A stretch of 61,796 nt of DNA, counting the filler, from Candidatus Eiseniibacteriota bacterium (GTDB taxonomy: Bacteria; Orphanbacterota; Orphanbacteria; Orphanbacterales; Orphanbacteraceae), in NCBI GenBank assembly GCA_043809585.1. It is 5 parts of 5 records of this genome, joined end to end, with 100 filler letters (N's around TTAATTAATTAA, not from the genome) between each part and the next. Parts side by side here need not be neighbours in the genome. Positions count along the whole stretch, not along the records: positions 1 to 14,797 come from JBDROZ010000103.1; 4 more parts are not named here. One strand, given 5' to 3'. A program made the position numbers and the translations under genes. The notes under the pieces were generated by a model. The model was not told the DNA's origin, did no database searches, and worked only from the letters and a program-made list of their open reading frames with translations. This document shows positions 1 through 10,744 of the stretch, one piece after another. Within the stretch, counting starts at the first letter, position 1; each line of letters begins with the position of its first letter.

Positions 1-1015
1 GAGCCACAGCACTTCGACTAGCGAAAGCACCCTCCCGCATCATCTTGATAGCCACCTTGCGCCGCGTGGATTCCTGGATGGCCTGGTAGACCACACCTTG
101 ACCACCCTCACTCAGTTTTCGCACGATCTTGTAGCCGGGGATCGAATCCTGCGATCCGTGGTTCGGGGAAGACGAGGTGGTCTCGGTGGTGTTGACCGTG
201 GGGAGTACGTTGCTTACCTTGAGCAGGTCCGCCACCAGATGATCCGAATGCTGGTATCGATCTGACTGGTCCTTTTCCAGACACTTACTGACGATCTTCG
301 CCAATCCCACCGGAACTCCGGTTCGCAATGCCGCCACCGGTTTCGGATCCTCATTGAGGATTTGGTAGATCACTGCCTGTTCGTAATGCCCCTTAAAGGG
401 CAGCTGTCCGGTGAGCATTTCAAAAACCACAACCCCCAGAGACCACAAGTCGGTACGGTGGTCGACGCCCTCTCCCCTCGCCTGTTCCGGAGACATATAC
501 GACACCGTGCCCACCATCATCCCCGTTTTCGTGACCTTTGTGGCTCCCTGCAGCTTGGCCAGGCCGAAATCCATGATCTTTGCCTGCCCATTCGGCACCA
601 CCATGATGTTGGCACTCTTGAGGTCCCGGTGAACGATCCCCTTTTCGTGCGCTGCCCCCAGCCCGCGGGCCACGCCCACTGCAATTTCACGCACGTCATT
701 CAATTCGAGCGGCCCAGATTGGATCCTGCCAGTTAGGGTTACCCCCTCGATGTACGCCATTGAAATGAAGGTGTGACCATCCGCTTCCTCGACGCCGTAG
801 ACCGTGCAAATGTTGGGATGATCCAGGATGGCTGCGGCCTGGGCCTCGCGAATCAAACGGGTACGTTGTTCCTTGGCGATCAGGGATTGGGGGGAAAGAA
901 ATTTCAGTGCCACAGAACGTCTGAGCTTCGTGTCCTCGGCCTTATAGACCACCCCCATCCCGCCTTCACCGAGTTTCTCCAAGATCTTGTAGTGGGAGAT
1001 GGTGCGGCCGATCAT
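1..1015 (-). CDS. Hanks-type Ser/Thr protein kinase with a second kinase domain beginning (3' partial, runs off the window)
   Basis: Manual translation from ATG 1015 gives MIGRTISHYKILEKLGEGGMGVVYKAEDTKLRRSVALKFL...HRDLKSANI...KIMDFGLAK. The same frame continues into IPGYKIVRKLSEGGQGVVYQAIQESTRRKVAIKMM. It is absent from the ORF track because there is no stop in the window. Confidence 0.93.
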   Translation of the reverse strand, partial: MIGRTISHYKILEKLGEGGMGVVYKAEDTKLRRSVALKFLSPQSLIAKEQRTRLIREAQAAAILDHPNICTVYGVEEADGHTFISMAYIEGVTLTGRIQSGPLELNDVREIAVGVARGLGAAHEKGIVHRDLKSANIMVVPNGQAKIMDFGLAKLQGATKVTKTGMMVGTVSYMSPEQARGEGVDHRTDLWSLGVVVFEMLTGQLPFKGHYEQAVIYQILNEDPKPVAALRTGVPVGLAKIVSKCLEKDQSDRYQHSDHLVADLLKVSNVLPTVNTTETTSSSPNHGSQDSIPGYKIVRKLSEGGQGVVYQAIQESTRRKVAIKMMREGAFASRSAVA

Positions 1016-1365
1016 TAATGTCTCCGGGGTGGCTTGGGGGGGGCCCATCCGTTGCCATCGTAGCACTATGGGGCTCAGGAAATCCGGATCAGATAGGGGT
1101 GTCCCTCCAATGAATCTCATCCTCGTTGGCCCGCCCCAAGTTTCCGACCTCCGCCTCTCTCCGAGACCCCGAGACTCCCGCGAGACCGTCAGCAACTGCC
1201 GCTCACCTGTGGACTCCGGCCCATCACTAGAACCAAGCCTGCCCAATGCCGTCTAGAGCCAGACTCGCGCATCCGCTATAACCGGTGGCCGTTAACGCGA
1301 TAGCCGCAGGCTCGCATTTCCGCAAACCGCGTCTCTCTAAGTCGTTGATATTGCTGGAATTAAAC

Positions 1366-1440
1366 TGGCTCCTCGGGTAGGACTTGAACCTACAACAAAC
1401 CGGTTAACAGCCGGTTGCTCTACCATTGAGCTACCGAGGA
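1366..1440 (-). tRNA. tRNA-Asn (GTT)
   Basis: Reverse complement is TCCTCGGTAGCTCAATGGTAGAGCAACCGGCTGTTAACCGGTTTGTTGTAGGTTCAAGTCCTACCCGAGGAGCCA, a cloverleaf with GTT anticodon and encoded CCA. Confidence 0.97.
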
Positions 1441-1492
1441 ACCTCGTGTGCGGTTTTGCTTTGCGTGGGCCCGGAGGCCACTCAGAGAGGAT

Positions 1493-1521
1493 ATGTTAGC
1501 GTGGCGGGAACGGAAGGTCAA
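1493..1521 (-). promoter_or_regulatory. sigma70-like promoter for tRNA-Asn
   Basis: TTGACC-N17-TAACAT upstream of the tRNA. Confidence 0.6.
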
Positions 1522-1654
1522 GGGGGGAAATGGGAATGTGGGGCGTCGGGGGGCATGTAAGATATTGGAGAGAAAGGGATTGGGGGTGCGAGAGGGGCTG
1601 GGAACGGGAAGCGTGTGCCCTTCTATAATATAGTGGCTCGTCGCCTGTCGCCCC

Positions 1655-1702
1655 CTTCGATACGGTGGCCCGCATTCAGCGTCACCTACTCAGGACGAAC
1701 GG
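1655..1702. repeat. REP-like element (CTTCGATACG...CTACTCAGGACGAACGG), second copy at ~34090-34137
   Basis: Both termini are shared with the 34090 copy; the interior differs. Confidence 0.6.
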
Positions 1703-1820
1703 TGAGAGAGGAGCTCACCGGCTTGATATAGGAATCGAGAGCCAAGATGACGGCGGGCGCCGCGGGAATGCCACGGCGCCCTATCGACAACCGCGCGGGA
1801 GATCCCGCGAGGACAAAAAC

Positions 1821-2294
1821 CTACTTCCTGATCAGCTCGACGGCCGCGAGCGTGACGAAGCAGTCGGGCTGGGGGCAGACGTGTCCCTCTTCCCCCTCAC
1901 CGTGGGCTTCCGCCTCTTCACCCGCCTCCGCGACAGCCGGCTCGATGACCGCGAGCGGGCCCTCGACACGTATCCTCGCCCCCTCGCAATCCATCGGCAC
2001 CGTTACGGAGTGGTCGGGGCTTTTCGCGTACATCTCGTTCCCGGCCGCGTCCCTCACCAGCACCCAGCAACCCGATCCCTTGCAGACGCCGCTCACCGTA
2101 CCCTCGATCAGGATGTTCTCGCCGGCATGGGCCCGGGGATCGGCCTTGAGGACCGCCAAAGCCACCGCCTGCTTCAGAGTGATCGGCGCGCCGGCCGTGT
2201 AGTACGGCCCGGCCTTCTCCGCGTCTCTCGCACACCCCGCCAGGGCGAAGGCCGTCGCGGCCAAGGCACATACTATCAATTGTGTCTTTCGCAT
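1821..2294 (-). CDS. DUF4920-like lipoprotein
   Basis: Lipobox LAGC; motif EGTVSGVCKGSGCWV; RBS AGGAGG. Confidence 0.7.
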   Translation of the reverse strand: MRKTQLIVCALAATAFALAGCARDAEKAGPYYTAGAPITLKQAVALAVLKADPRAHAGENILIEGTVSGVCKGSGCWVLVRDAAGNEMYAKSPDHSVTVPMDCEGARIRVEGPLAVIEPAVAEAGEEAEAHGEGEEGHVCPQPDCFVTLAAVELIRK

Positions 2295-2369
2295 GGCGTT
2301 CCTCCTGAGTCGTACTGAAATCGATTCGACACCGCCGAGATTCTATCGCCCGGAACCGGCCCTCTCCAG

Positions 2370-2399
2370 AAAAGGGCCCCGCCCGGGAAGGCGGGGCCC
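2370..2399 (-). terminator. Rho-independent terminator after rplQ
   Basis: GGGCCCCGCC/GGCGGGGCCC hairpin followed by TTTT on the minus strand. Confidence 0.75.
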
Positions 2400-2428
2400 G
2401 CGAATATCGGGAAAGCGCCGGATATCCT

Positions 2429-2911
2429 CTACTTCTTCGCCTCCGCCTTCGCCTCCGCTTCGGCCTCCGCGGCGGCCTGCTGGGCGGCCTTCACCTTCTC
2501 GTCCTTCTTCTGGCGCTTCTTCTCGACCTTCTCTTCGAGCTCCTCGATCTTCGGCTCCATCCCGACCAGCTCGATCAGAGAGAGCGGAGCGTTGTCGCCC
2601 CGCCGGCGTCCGGCCTTGATGATCCTGGTGTAGCCGCCGTTCCGCTCCGCGAAGTGCGGACCGATCTCGTCGAACAGCTCATGCACGACCTTCCTGTCCG
2701 TGATGATCCGGATGACCTGGCGACGGGCGTGAAGATCTCCCTTCTTCGCGAAGGTGATCATCCGCTCGGCGATCTGCCGGAGTTCCTTGGCCCGGGCGTC
2801 GGTTGTCTCGATGCGCCGGTGCTTAAACAGCGACGTGACCATATTGCGGAACATCGCGTCCCGATGGCTGACGCTCATGTTCAACTTGCGGCCGGACTTC
2901 TGATGTCGCAT
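2429..2911 (-). CDS. rplQ: 50S ribosomal protein L17 with acidic/Ala-rich C-terminal tail
   Basis: [11 protein letters not shown]...[10 protein letters not shown]; start placed at ATG 2911. Confidence 0.97.
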   Translation of the reverse strand: MRHQKSGRKLNMSVSHRDAMFRNMVTSLFKHRRIETTDARAKELRQIAERMITFAKKGDLHARRQVIRIITDRKVVHELFDEIGPHFAERNGGYTRIIKAGRRRGDNAPLSLIELVGMEPKIEELEEKVEKKRQKKDEKVKAAQQAAAEAEAEAKAEAKK

Positions 2912-2931
2912 CGGGGAAACCCTTCCTTCCT

Positions 2932-3927
2932 CTACTCCGTCGGCGGCGAGACTTTCCCGGCGACGATCTCCTCCACGCTCATCCCGAAGCCGAGGTTCAT
3001 GCTTCTCAGGATGTCGGAGATCTCCTTCAAGGACTTTCTCCCGAAGTTCCGGTACTTGAGCATCTCGCTCTCGCTCTTCTGAACGAGGTCGCCGATGGTA
3101 CGAATCTCGGCCGACTGCAAGCAATTGCTCGACCGCACCGAGAGTTCCAACTCGTCCACGCTGCGGTTCAGCATGTCCCGCAGCTCCTCGACTTTCTCGT
3201 CCACTTCGACCTCTTCCTCGACCTCCGGCTCCTTGTCGAAGTTCATGAAGAGGTAGAGATGGTCTTTCAGGATCTTCGACGCATGGGAGACGGCGTCATC
3301 GGGAGTGATGGTGCCGTTCGTCCACACCTCGAGAGTCAGCTTGTCGTAATCCGTCTTCTGCCCGACCCGCGTGTCCTCCACCTTGAAGGTCGCGCGCTTC
3401 ACAGGGGAATAGAGGGAGTCGATCGGGACGAGCCCGATGACGACCTCCTCGAACACCTGCTGGTCCGCCGTCACGTACCCCCGTCCGGAGGCGACGCCGA
3501 CCCGCATCCGAAGCGACGCCCCCTTGTCCAGGGTGGCGATGTGCAGGTTCGGGTTCAGAATCGTCATGCCCGCCGGAACCTCGAAGAGGTCCGCCGTCAC
3601 CTCGCCCGGGCCTTCCACATCGAGGCTGATCGGCTTCGCCTCGTCCGCGTCGAGGCGAATGATGAGGTTCTTCAAGTTGAGGACGATATCCGTTACGTCT
3701 TCGTAGACGCCGGGAAGCGTCGTGAACTCGTGTTTCGCCCCCTCGAGCTTCACCGAATTCACCGCAGCGCCCTGCAGCGAAGATAGAAGGACACGGCGAA
3801 GGGCGTTCCCGAGAGTCACGCCGAAGCCGCGCTCGAGGGGCTCGGCAATGAACTTGCCGTACGTAACGGTATGCGTCTCCTCTTCCCTCACGATTCCCTT
3901 GGGCATCTGGAGACTCTTCCACTTCAT
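2932..3927 (-). CDS. rpoA: RNA polymerase alpha subunit
   Basis: [41 protein letters not shown]. Confidence 0.99.
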   Translation of the reverse strand: MKWKSLQMPKGIVREEETHTVTYGKFIAEPLERGFGVTLGNALRRVLLSSLQGAAVNSVKLEGAKHEFTTLPGVYEDVTDIVLNLKNLIIRLDADEAKPISLDVEGPGEVTADLFEVPAGMTILNPNLHIATLDKGASLRMRVGVASGRGYVTADQQVFEEVVIGLVPIDSLYSPVKRATFKVEDTRVGQKTDYDKLTLEVWTNGTITPDDAVSHASKILKDHLYLFMNFDKEPEVEEEVEVDEKVEELRDMLNRSVDELELSVRSSNCLQSAEIRTIGDLVQKSESEMLKYRNFGRKSLKEISDILRSMNLGFGMSVEEIVAGKVSPPTE

Positions 3928-3948
3928 TTTCTCGCGTCCCCCATCCGT

Positions 3949-4578
3949 CTACTTCGAGTAAAGCTCGACGATGAGCTGCTCGTTCACGTTGACCGGAATG
4001 TCCTCGCGCTTCGGCAACTCGAGGACCGAGCCGGACAGCTTCTCCACGTCGCGGGTCAGCCAGTCGCAGAGCTGCTCCTCACGACGCCTTTCCTTGGCCT
4101 CCTTGAAGACCAGCATGTTCTTGCTCTTCTCCCGCACCTGCACCGTCTCGCCCTTCTGGAGCTGGAACGAGGGGATATTCACCTTGCGGCCGCTGACGGT
4201 GAAGTGGCCGTGCCGCACGAGCTGACGAGCGGAGTTCCGCGATGGGGCGTACCCGAGCCGGAACACGACGTTGTCGAGTCTCGTCTCGAGTAGGCGCAGC
4301 AGGTTCTCGCCGGTGACCCCGTGGGCCCGGTCCGCTTCGGCGAAGTACTTCCGGAACTGCTTCTCGAGAATGCCGTAGATCCTACGGGTCTTCTGCTTCT
4401 CTCTCAGCTGGAGCGCGAAATCCGACTGCTTTCGCCGTGGACGCTGTCCGTGCTCGCCCGGCGCATAGCCGCGGCGATCGAAGGCGCACTTGGGCGTAAA
4501 GCAGCGGTCGCCCTTCAAGAAGAGCTTCATCCCTTCGCGGCGGCACAGCTTGCACTTCGCGTCGGTGTATCGTGCCAT
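3949..4578 (-). CDS. rpsD: 30S ribosomal protein S4
   Basis: [16 protein letters not shown]...[11 protein letters not shown]. Confidence 0.99.
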   Translation of the reverse strand: MARYTDAKCKLCRREGMKLFLKGDRCFTPKCAFDRRGYAPGEHGQRPRRKQSDFALQLREKQKTRRIYGILEKQFRKYFAEADRAHGVTGENLLRLLETRLDNVVFRLGYAPSRNSARQLVRHGHFTVSGRKVNIPSFQLQKGETVQVREKSKNMLVFKEAKERRREEQLCDWLTRDVEKLSGSVLELPKREDIPVNVNEQLIVELYSK

Positions 4579-4616
4579 CGAATTCCTCCGTCAAACTCCG
4601 CGTTTCCGGCCGGAGC

Positions 4617-5006
4617 CTAGACGCGACGCCTCTTCGGGGGGCGACACCCGTTGTGCGGGATCGGAGTCACGTCCCTGATCGACGAAACGTCGAGACCCGC
4701 CGCCTGGAGCGACCGGATCGCCGCCTCTCGGCCCGATCCCGGCCCCTTCACCAGGACATCCACCTTGCGCAGCCCCATGCCGAGGGCGACCCTCGCCGAT
4801 TCCTCGGCCGCGAGCTGGGCGGCGAAGGGCGTGCTTTTCTTCGAACCTTTGAACCCGATCTTGCCGGAGCTCGACCAGGAGATCACGTTGCCCTTCGTGT
4901 CGGTGATCGACACGATCGTGTTGTTGAACGTGGACTGGATGTGGACGACCCCGTAGGGTTCGACCCTCTTGTCCTTCTTCTTCCGCTTGCTTTTCGGGGG
5001 CGCCAA
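4617..5006 (-). CDS. rpsK: 30S ribosomal protein S11
   Basis: STFNNTIV...[18 protein letters not shown]. Confidence 0.99.
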   Translation of the reverse strand: MAPPKSKRKKKDKRVEPYGVVHIQSTFNNTIVSITDTKGNVISWSSSGKIGFKGSKKSTPFAAQLAAEESARVALGMGLRKVDVLVKGPGSGREAAIRSLQAAGLDVSSIRDVTPIPHNGCRPPKRRRV

Positions 5007-5054
5007 AGCCGGACCTCCTCGCTGCTTGGTTCGCGCGGAACGACTCCGCGGATC

Positions 5055-5432
5055 TTAGCCTTTCTTCTTGCGCAGGGCGCCGGACGACTTCTTCGGACCC
5101 TTCCGGGTGCGGGCGTTGGTGCTCGTCCGCTGGCCGTGCACCGGAAGGCCCCGGCGATGCCGGAGACCGCGGTAGCTGCCGATGTCCATGATACGCTTGA
5201 TGTTCATGGACACCTCGTTGCGCAAGGCGCCTTCGACCTTGTAGTCGTCTTCGATGATCTTTCGTAGTTTGGCCGTGTCCTCTTCCGACAAGTTCTTCGC
5301 GCGCGTGTCCGGATTCACCCCGGCATTCGTGACGATCCTGCTGGCCGTCGTCGGTCCGATGCCGTAGATGTAAGTCAGCGCGACCTCGATACGCTTGTCG
5401 TTCGGGAGGTCGACCCCAGCGATACGGGCCAA
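5055..5432 (-). CDS. rpsM: 30S ribosomal protein S13
   Basis: [10 protein letters not shown]...[17 protein letters not shown]. Confidence 0.99.
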   Translation of the reverse strand: MARIAGVDLPNDKRIEVALTYIYGIGPTTASRIVTNAGVNPDTRAKNLSEEDTAKLRKIIEDDYKVEGALRNEVSMNIKRIMDIGSYRGLRHRRGLPVHGQRTSTNARTRKGPKKSSGALRKKKG

Positions 5433-5468
5433 GAGAGCGCCCCTCCTTTCGTCCCTAATCCCTAAGGA

Positions 5469-5585
5469 CTATCCCTGCCTCTGCTTGTGCCTCGGGTTTT
5501 TGCTGCAGATCACGCGAATCACGCCCTTTCGACGGACGATCTTGCAGTGCTCGCAGATCTTTTTTACCGACGCCCGGACTTTCAT
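5469..5585 (-). CDS. rpmJ: 50S ribosomal protein L36 (below ORF-track cutoff)
   Basis: Manual translation [38 protein letters not shown]. Confidence 0.97.
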   Translation of the reverse strand: MKVRASVKKICEHCKIVRRKGVIRVICSKNPRHKQRQG

Positions 5586-5613
5586 CTCTATCACCTCATG
5601 CGCTAGGGGCCGC

Positions 5614-5832
5614 CTACTTGTACCGGTAGACGATCCGACCCCGGCTCAGATCGTAGGGCGACAACTCGACCGTAACCTTGTCCCCGGGGAGGATCCGGAT
5701 GAAGTGCATGCGGATCTTCCCGGAGATGTGTGCCAGGACCCTGTGACCGTTCTCGAGCTCCACCCGAAACATCGCGTTCGGCAGGGGCTCGACCACGGTC
5801 CCCTCGACCTGTACCGCGGGTTCCTTCGCCAT
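5614..5832 (-). CDS. infA: Translation initiation factor IF-1
   Basis: [14 protein letters not shown]...[15 protein letters not shown]. Confidence 0.99.
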   Translation of the reverse strand: MAKEPAVQVEGTVVEPLPNAMFRVELENGHRVLAHISGKIRMHFIRILPGDKVTVELSPYDLSRGRIVYRYK

Positions 5833-5849
5833 CCTTCCTCCTCGGCTCG

Positions 5850-6596
5850 TTACTTCGTCAGGATGTCCGGACCGCTCTCGCGTATCGCCACGGTGTGCTC
5901 GAAATGAGCGCTCAGCGTGTGGTCCGCGGTCACTACCGTCCAGTCGTCCTCGAGCACCCGCACGTCGTAACCCCCGGCGTTGACCATGGGTTCTATGGCG
6001 AGCACCATGCCGTCCTTCAGCTCCACGCCTCGCCCCGGCTTCCCGTAGTTCGGGATCTGGGGTTCCTCGTGCATCCTCCGGCCTATCCCGTGGCCCACGA
6101 GCTTCCGGACCACCGAGAATCCGCCCGCCTCCACCTCCTGCTGGATCGCATGGGAGATGTCGTAGAGCCGTTTGCCGGGCCGGGCCTGCTCGATGCCCTT
6201 TCCGAGAGCGGTTTGGGTCACCTCGAGTAGCCGCCGGACCTCCGGCCCGATCTCGCCCACCGGGAGGGTCACCGCCGAGTCCCCGTGGAAGCCTCCCTTG
6301 AGCGCCCCCACGTCGATACTGATGATGTCCCCGTCCCGAAGGATTCGGTCTCCCGGAATCCCGTGCACCACCTGGTCGTTGACCGAAGCGCAGATGCTCG
6401 CGGGATACCCGTTGTAGCCCTTGAACGAGGGCTCGGCCCCTTCGGCCCGGATGAACTCCTCCACGAGGGCGTCGAGCTCCCCCGTGGTCAGCCCCGGCCG
6501 AACCGTCCCGGCCGCGAGCTTCAGCGCGCCCGCCACGATGCGGCCGCTCTCGCGCATCTTCTCGATCTCGTCGCTCTTCTTCAGCGTGATCATCAC
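5850..6596 (-). CDS. map: Methionine aminopeptidase type I
   Basis: VVHGIP, GHGIG, AIEPM, SAHFEHT motifs. Confidence 0.98.
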   Translation of the reverse strand: MMITLKKSDEIEKMRESGRIVAGALKLAAGTVRPGLTTGELDALVEEFIRAEGAEPSFKGYNGYPASICASVNDQVVHGIPGDRILRDGDIISIDVGALKGGFHGDSAVTLPVGEIGPEVRRLLEVTQTALGKGIEQARPGKRLYDISHAIQQEVEAGGFSVVRKLVGHGIGRRMHEEPQIPNYGKPGRGVELKDGMVLAIEPMVNAGGYDVRVLEDDWTVVTADHTLSAHFEHTVAIRESGPDILTK

Positions 6597-6597
6597 G

Positions 6598-7920
6598 CTA
6601 ACGCCGCCCCCGGAGCCGCCCCTTCTTCATAAAGCCGTCATAGTGCCTCATCAAGAGATGAGACTCGATCTGCTGCAGGGTGTCGAGGCCGACGCCGACG
6701 ACGATGAGAAGCCCCGTGCCTCCGAAGAAGAACGGGACGTTGAATCGGTTGATCAGGAAGAACGGCAGGATCGCGATGAGCGCCAGGAAGATACCGCCCG
6801 GCAGCGTCACCCGCGTCAGGATCCGGTCGATGTACTCGCTGGTCCTCTTGCCCGGCCGGATGCCAGGAATGAACCCGCCGTATTTCCGCATGTTATCCGC
6901 GAGATCCGCGGGATTGAAAATGATCGCCGTATAGAAGTAAGAGAAAAAGATGATGATCACCGTGTACAGGACGTTGTAGATCGGGCTCCCCGGCGCGAAT
7001 ATGTTCGAGACCCGTTGGATCATGTCGCTGTCCTGGAAGAACAGCGTCGCCGCCGTGGAGGGGAACATGATCACGGACTGGGCGAAAATGATCGGGATCA
7101 CGCCCGCCGTGTTCACTCGGAGCGGAATGTGCGTGCTCTGCCCGCCATAAACCTTCCGCCCCACGATCCGCTTCGCGTATTGCACCGGGATCCGGCGCTG
7201 CCCCTGCGTGATCATGATCACCCCGGCGACCACCGCCACCATCACCAGGAGCACGATCACCATGATGAATGGCGACAGTGTTCCGGTCCGAAGCATCTGG
7301 GCGGTCCGGAGGAAATCGCTCGGGTACTGCGCGACGATCCCGATGAAAATAATGAGAGAGATGCCGTTCCCGATCCCCCGCTCCGTGATCTGCTCGCCGA
7401 GCCACATCACGAAGATGGTGCCGGCGGTCAGGGTGAGCACCGTCATCATCCGGAAGGCGAGGCCCGAGCCCGGAACGACCGCCGCCGCTCCGTCCCCGAC
7501 ATTCACCTGCAGTCCCTCGAGGAACATGCTAATCCCATAACCCTGTACAATAGAAAGAATTACGGTTCCATACCGTGTATACTGGGTGATCTTCTTCCGC
7601 CCCTCTTCGCCTTCCTTCTGCAGCTTCTCGAAGTACGGGATCACCGCCGTCAGAAGCTGGAAGATAATCGAGGCGCTGATGTAGGGCATGATCCCGAGAG
7701 CGAAAATGGTCGCCTTCGACAGATTCCCGCCCGCGAACAGGTCGTACAGGCCGAACAGGGTGCCCGCATTCTGTTGGAAGAAGAACTGCAGGGCCGCCGT
7801 GTCGACGCCTGGTGTCGGCACGTGTCCGCCGAGCCGGTATACGATCAAGAGCGCGAGCGTGAAGAGCACGCGGCGCCGGAGCTCCGGTATCTTGAAGATG
7901 CTTTGAATCTTGCCGATCAC
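6598..7920 (-). CDS. secY: Preprotein translocase subunit SecY
   Basis: ALGIMPYISASII; GIGNGISLII; FIPGIRPG. Confidence 0.99.
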   Translation of the reverse strand: MIGKIQSIFKIPELRRRVLFTLALLIVYRLGGHVPTPGVDTAALQFFFQQNAGTLFGLYDLFAGGNLSKATIFALGIMPYISASIIFQLLTAVIPYFEKLQKEGEEGRKKITQYTRYGTVILSIVQGYGISMFLEGLQVNVGDGAAAVVPGSGLAFRMMTVLTLTAGTIFVMWLGEQITERGIGNGISLIIFIGIVAQYPSDFLRTAQMLRTGTLSPFIMVIVLLVMVAVVAGVIMITQGQRRIPVQYAKRIVGRKVYGGQSTHIPLRVNTAGVIPIIFAQSVIMFPSTAATLFFQDSDMIQRVSNIFAPGSPIYNVLYTVIIIFFSYFYTAIIFNPADLADNMRKYGGFIPGIRPGKRTSEYIDRILTRVTLPGGIFLALIAILPFFLINRFNVPFFFGGTGLLIVVGVGLDTLQQIESHLLMRHYDGFMKKGRLRGRR

Positions 7921-7945
7921 GATTGATCCCTTCGCGCCTCGGGCG

Positions 7946-8395
7946 TTACTTCGTCAGGTTGACCCGGCCTCCGGCGGCCTCGATCTTCTCCTTCGCCGAT
8001 CCGCTGACGGCATGGGCCGTGACGATCCACGCCCCCGCCGCATCGCCGACCCCGAGAATCTTCACGGGGGCATTCGGATTCCGGATGAGGCCCTTCTCGG
8101 CCATCACGTCCGGGGTGATTTCACCGGCGCCCTCGCAACGCGCGAGGTCCCGCAAATTCACGATCTGGAAGGTCTTCCGGAACGGGTTCTTGAACCCCCG
8201 CTTCGGCATCCGTCGCTGGAGGGGCATTTGCCCGCCCTCGAAGCCGGGAGCGACCTTTCCCCGGCCCCGGGCCAACTGGCCCTTGTGACCCTTCCCGCTC
8301 GTCTTGCCCTGACCCGCCGCATGGCCGCGGCCGATACGTTTGCGCTTGCGGATGGCGCCGTCGCCCGGCCTCAGGTTCGATAGTTCCAGGCCCAT
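7946..8395 (-). CDS. rplO: 50S ribosomal protein L15
   Basis: GFEGGQMPLQRRMPKRGF. Confidence 0.98.
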   Translation of the reverse strand: MGLELSNLRPGDGAIRKRKRIGRGHAAGQGKTSGKGHKGQLARGRGKVAPGFEGGQMPLQRRMPKRGFKNPFRKTFQIVNLRDLARCEGAGEITPDVMAEKGLIRNPNAPVKILGVGDAAGAWIVTAHAVSGSAKEKIEAAGGRVNLTK

Positions 8396-8398
8396 GGC

Positions 8399-8581
8399 TT
8401 AGTCCACCTCCTCGACCTTCAGCAGATGCCGGACCTTGGTGATCATCCCGCGGATCTGAGGAGTGTCGTTGTGGATCACTTCCTCGTGCAGCCGGTGGAT
8501 CCCCAACGTCCGGATCGTCGTTTTCTGTTTCTTCACGCGTCCGATGGCCGAGCGGACCTGGACGATCTTCAGCCTACCCAT
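8399..8581 (-). CDS. rpmD: 50S ribosomal protein L30
   Basis: VRSAIGR...IRGMITKVRHLLKVEE; position in spc operon. Confidence 0.96.
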   Translation of the reverse strand: MGRLKIVQVRSAIGRVKKQKTTIRTLGIHRLHEEVIHNDTPQIRGMITKVRHLLKVEEVD

Positions 8582-8585
8582 GGAT

Positions 8586-9146
8586 CTACTCCGATTCCTC
8601 CGCCGGCTGGCCCTCGTCCATGCCGAACAGTTGACGCACGGACATCCCCCGGATTTTCGCGACCTCCGCGGCCTTTCGCAGCCGCTTCAGCCCGTCCATG
8701 GTCGCACCGACCATGTTGTACGGGTTGTTGGAGCCGAGCGATTTCGTGAGAACATTCTTTACCCCCGCCGCTTCCAGAATGGCGCGGACCGGACCGCCGG
8801 CGATCACACCGGTACCATCGGAGGCGGGCTTCATCCAGACCCGCCCCGCGTTGTGGCGGCCCACGATCTCGTGGGGAATCGTGGCGCCGATCATGGGAAT
8901 CGGCGCCATCGCCTTGCGGGCGACTTCCGTTCCCTTCCGAATCGCTTCGGCGACCTCCTTAGCCTTCCCGAGGCCCGTCCCCACGCGACCCTGACCGTCG
9001 CCGACGGCGACGAGCGCGGTGAAGCTGAACCGCCGGCCGCCCTTGACGACCTTCGCGACCCGGTTGATAAAGATGACTCGCTCTTGCAGCTCGTCCTTCT
9101 CGATTTCGTCACGCCGGGGCGACGGCCCCCTTCTCTGCCTGTTCAA
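8586..9146 (-). CDS. rpsE: 30S ribosomal protein S5
   Basis: [20 protein letters not shown]; probable TTG start at 9146. Confidence 0.97.
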   Translation of the reverse strand: MNRQRRGPSPRRDEIEKDELQERVIFINRVAKVVKGGRRFSFTALVAVGDGQGRVGTGLGKAKEVAEAIRKGTEVARKAMAPIPMIGATIPHEIVGRHNAGRVWMKPASDGTGVIAGGPVRAILEAAGVKNVLTKSLGSNNPYNMVGATMDGLKRLRKAAEVAKIRGMSVRQLFGMDEGQPAEESE

Positions 9147-9159
9147 ATCCCGACTCCCT

Positions 9160-9534
9160 TTAGAACTCGAGCCCTTCTTTCCGGGCGGCCTCGGCGAGGG
9201 CCTTGACCCGACCGTGATAGGCATAGCCGCTCCGGTCGAACCGCACCTTCGAGATACCGGCCTCCTTCGCCTTCCGGGCGAGGACTTCGCCCAGCTTCGC
9301 GCTCTTCCCGGATTTTCCTTTCACGTCCTTGGTCTCGGCGGAGAACTCCTTGGACGTGGTGGTCGCGTACACGAGCGTCCGCCCCGATGCGTCGTCGACG
9401 ATCTGGGCGTTCATGTGCTTCAGGCTCCGGTACACGGTCAGCCGCGGGCGCTCGGGATCTCCGAAGATCTTCCTGCGAACCCGCTTCTTCCTTTTCAGCC
9501 TTCCCTCGTACTTCAGGGCCGCTTTCGACTTCAT
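9160..9534 (-). CDS. rplR: 50S ribosomal protein L18
   Basis: RPRLTVYRS...[20 protein letters not shown]. Confidence 0.98.
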   Translation of the reverse strand: MKSKAALKYEGRLKRKKRVRRKIFGDPERPRLTVYRSLKHMNAQIVDDASGRTLVYATTTSKEFSAETKDVKGKSGKSAKLGEVLARKAKEAGISKVRFDRSGYAYHGRVKALAEAARKEGLEF

Positions 9535-9556
9535 CGATCCACCCTCGGGCGGCGCA

Positions 9557-10090
9557 TTACGCGGTCGCCTTGCCCGCCTTGCGCCGAATGACCTCTTCCG
9601 CGTACTTGACGCCCTTGCCGTTGTAGGGCTCGGGCGGCCGGAAGGAGCGGATCTTCGCCGCCACCTCGCCGACCATCTTCTTGTTCGTTCCCCGGACCGT
9701 TACCTTGTTGCCGTCCACGGCGATCTCGACCTCGCTCGGGTACTCGTACGGAATCGGGTGGGCGAACCCGAGGGCCAACTCCACGATCTTGCCCTGGAGC
9801 GTGGCCCTGTAGCCGACGCCGTTGATCTCGAGGACCCGCTCGAAACCCTTGTGAACACCCTCGACCACGTTGGAGACGAGGGTTCGGGTCAGTCCGTGGA
9901 GGGAACGGTGCGTGCGGCTGTCGGACGGGCGGGTCACGTGGATCTCGCCGTCTTTCAGTTCCACCCCGATCTCGGGATGATGCGTGAGCGTTTCCGTTCC
10001 CTTCGGTCCTTTCGCCTCGACGATACCGTCCTTGATCGTCACCTGGACGCCGCCCGGAATCGGAACCGGAATCTTGCCGATACGGGACAT
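9557..10090 (-). CDS. rplF: 50S ribosomal protein L6
   Basis: MSRIGKIPV...[13 protein letters not shown]. Confidence 0.99.
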   Translation of the reverse strand: MSRIGKIPVPIPGGVQVTIKDGIVEAKGPKGTETLTHHPEIGVELKDGEIHVTRPSDSRTHRSLHGLTRTLVSNVVEGVHKGFERVLEINGVGYRATLQGKIVELALGFAHPIPYEYPSEVEIAVDGNKVTVRGTNKKMVGEVAAKIRSFRPPEPYNGKGVKYAEEVIRRKAGKATA

Positions 10091-10111
10091 TAGTTCCTCC
10101 GAACGCGCCTG

Positions 10112-10510
10112 CTACCAGACGTAGCAGAGAACCTCACCGCCGACCCCCTTCCGGCGCGCTTCCTTGTCGGTCAGGATGCCGCTGGACGTGGTCAGAATGG
10201 CGGTGCCGATGCCGTTGTACACGCGGGGGATTTTCGCCTTCCCCACGTACTTCCGAAGCCCCGGGCGGCTTGCCCGGCGCAGGCCGGTAATAATCCGCTC
10301 GCCCGAAGGCGTGTACTTCATATAGATGCGAATCATTCCCTGGCGCTCGTCCTCGATCACGCGGTACTTGGTGATGAACTTCTCCCGGTGAAGCACTTTC
10401 GCGATCTCCAGCTTCAGCCCCGACCGGGGAACATCCAACCGCTTGTGTTTCGCCTTGTTCGCGTTGCGGATGCGGGTCAGCATATCCGCAATCGGATCGG
10501 ACATGGACAT
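10112..10510 (-). CDS. rpsH: 30S ribosomal protein S8
   Basis: DPIADMLTRIRNA...GGEVLCYVW. Confidence 0.99.
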   Translation of the reverse strand: MSMSDPIADMLTRIRNANKAKHKRLDVPRSGLKLEIAKVLHREKFITKYRVIEDERQGMIRIYMKYTPSGERIITGLRRASRPGLRKYVGKAKIPRVYNGIGTAILTTSSGILTDKEARRKGVGGEVLCYVW

Positions 10511-10543
10511 ACTCGAGACTCCTCGTCGACCGGAAGCGGTCCG

Positions 10544-10729
10544 CTACCAGCTCGCCTTCACGACTCCGGGGACTTCGCCCCGGAGAGCCAACTGCCGAAG
10601 GCAGATCCGGCAGATGCCGAACTTCCTGATATAGCCTCGCGGCCGTCCGCAGCGATGGCAACGGTTGTAAGCCCTCACCGCGAACTTCGGCTTACGATTG
10701 GCCTTTTCAATGAGCGCCTTCTTCGCCAC
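10544..10729 (-). CDS. rpsN: 30S ribosomal protein S14, Zn-binding type Z
   Basis: [12 protein letters not shown]...CRICLR...PGVVKASW. Confidence 0.98.
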   Translation of the reverse strand: MAKKALIEKANRKPKFAVRAYNRCHRCGRPRGYIRKFGICRICLRQLALRGEVPGVVKASW

Positions 10730-10744
10730 CCGAGACTCCTTTTC

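Noticed and set aside
5850-7920. No adk between secY and map
   Set aside because: A common variation of the spc-alpha operon.
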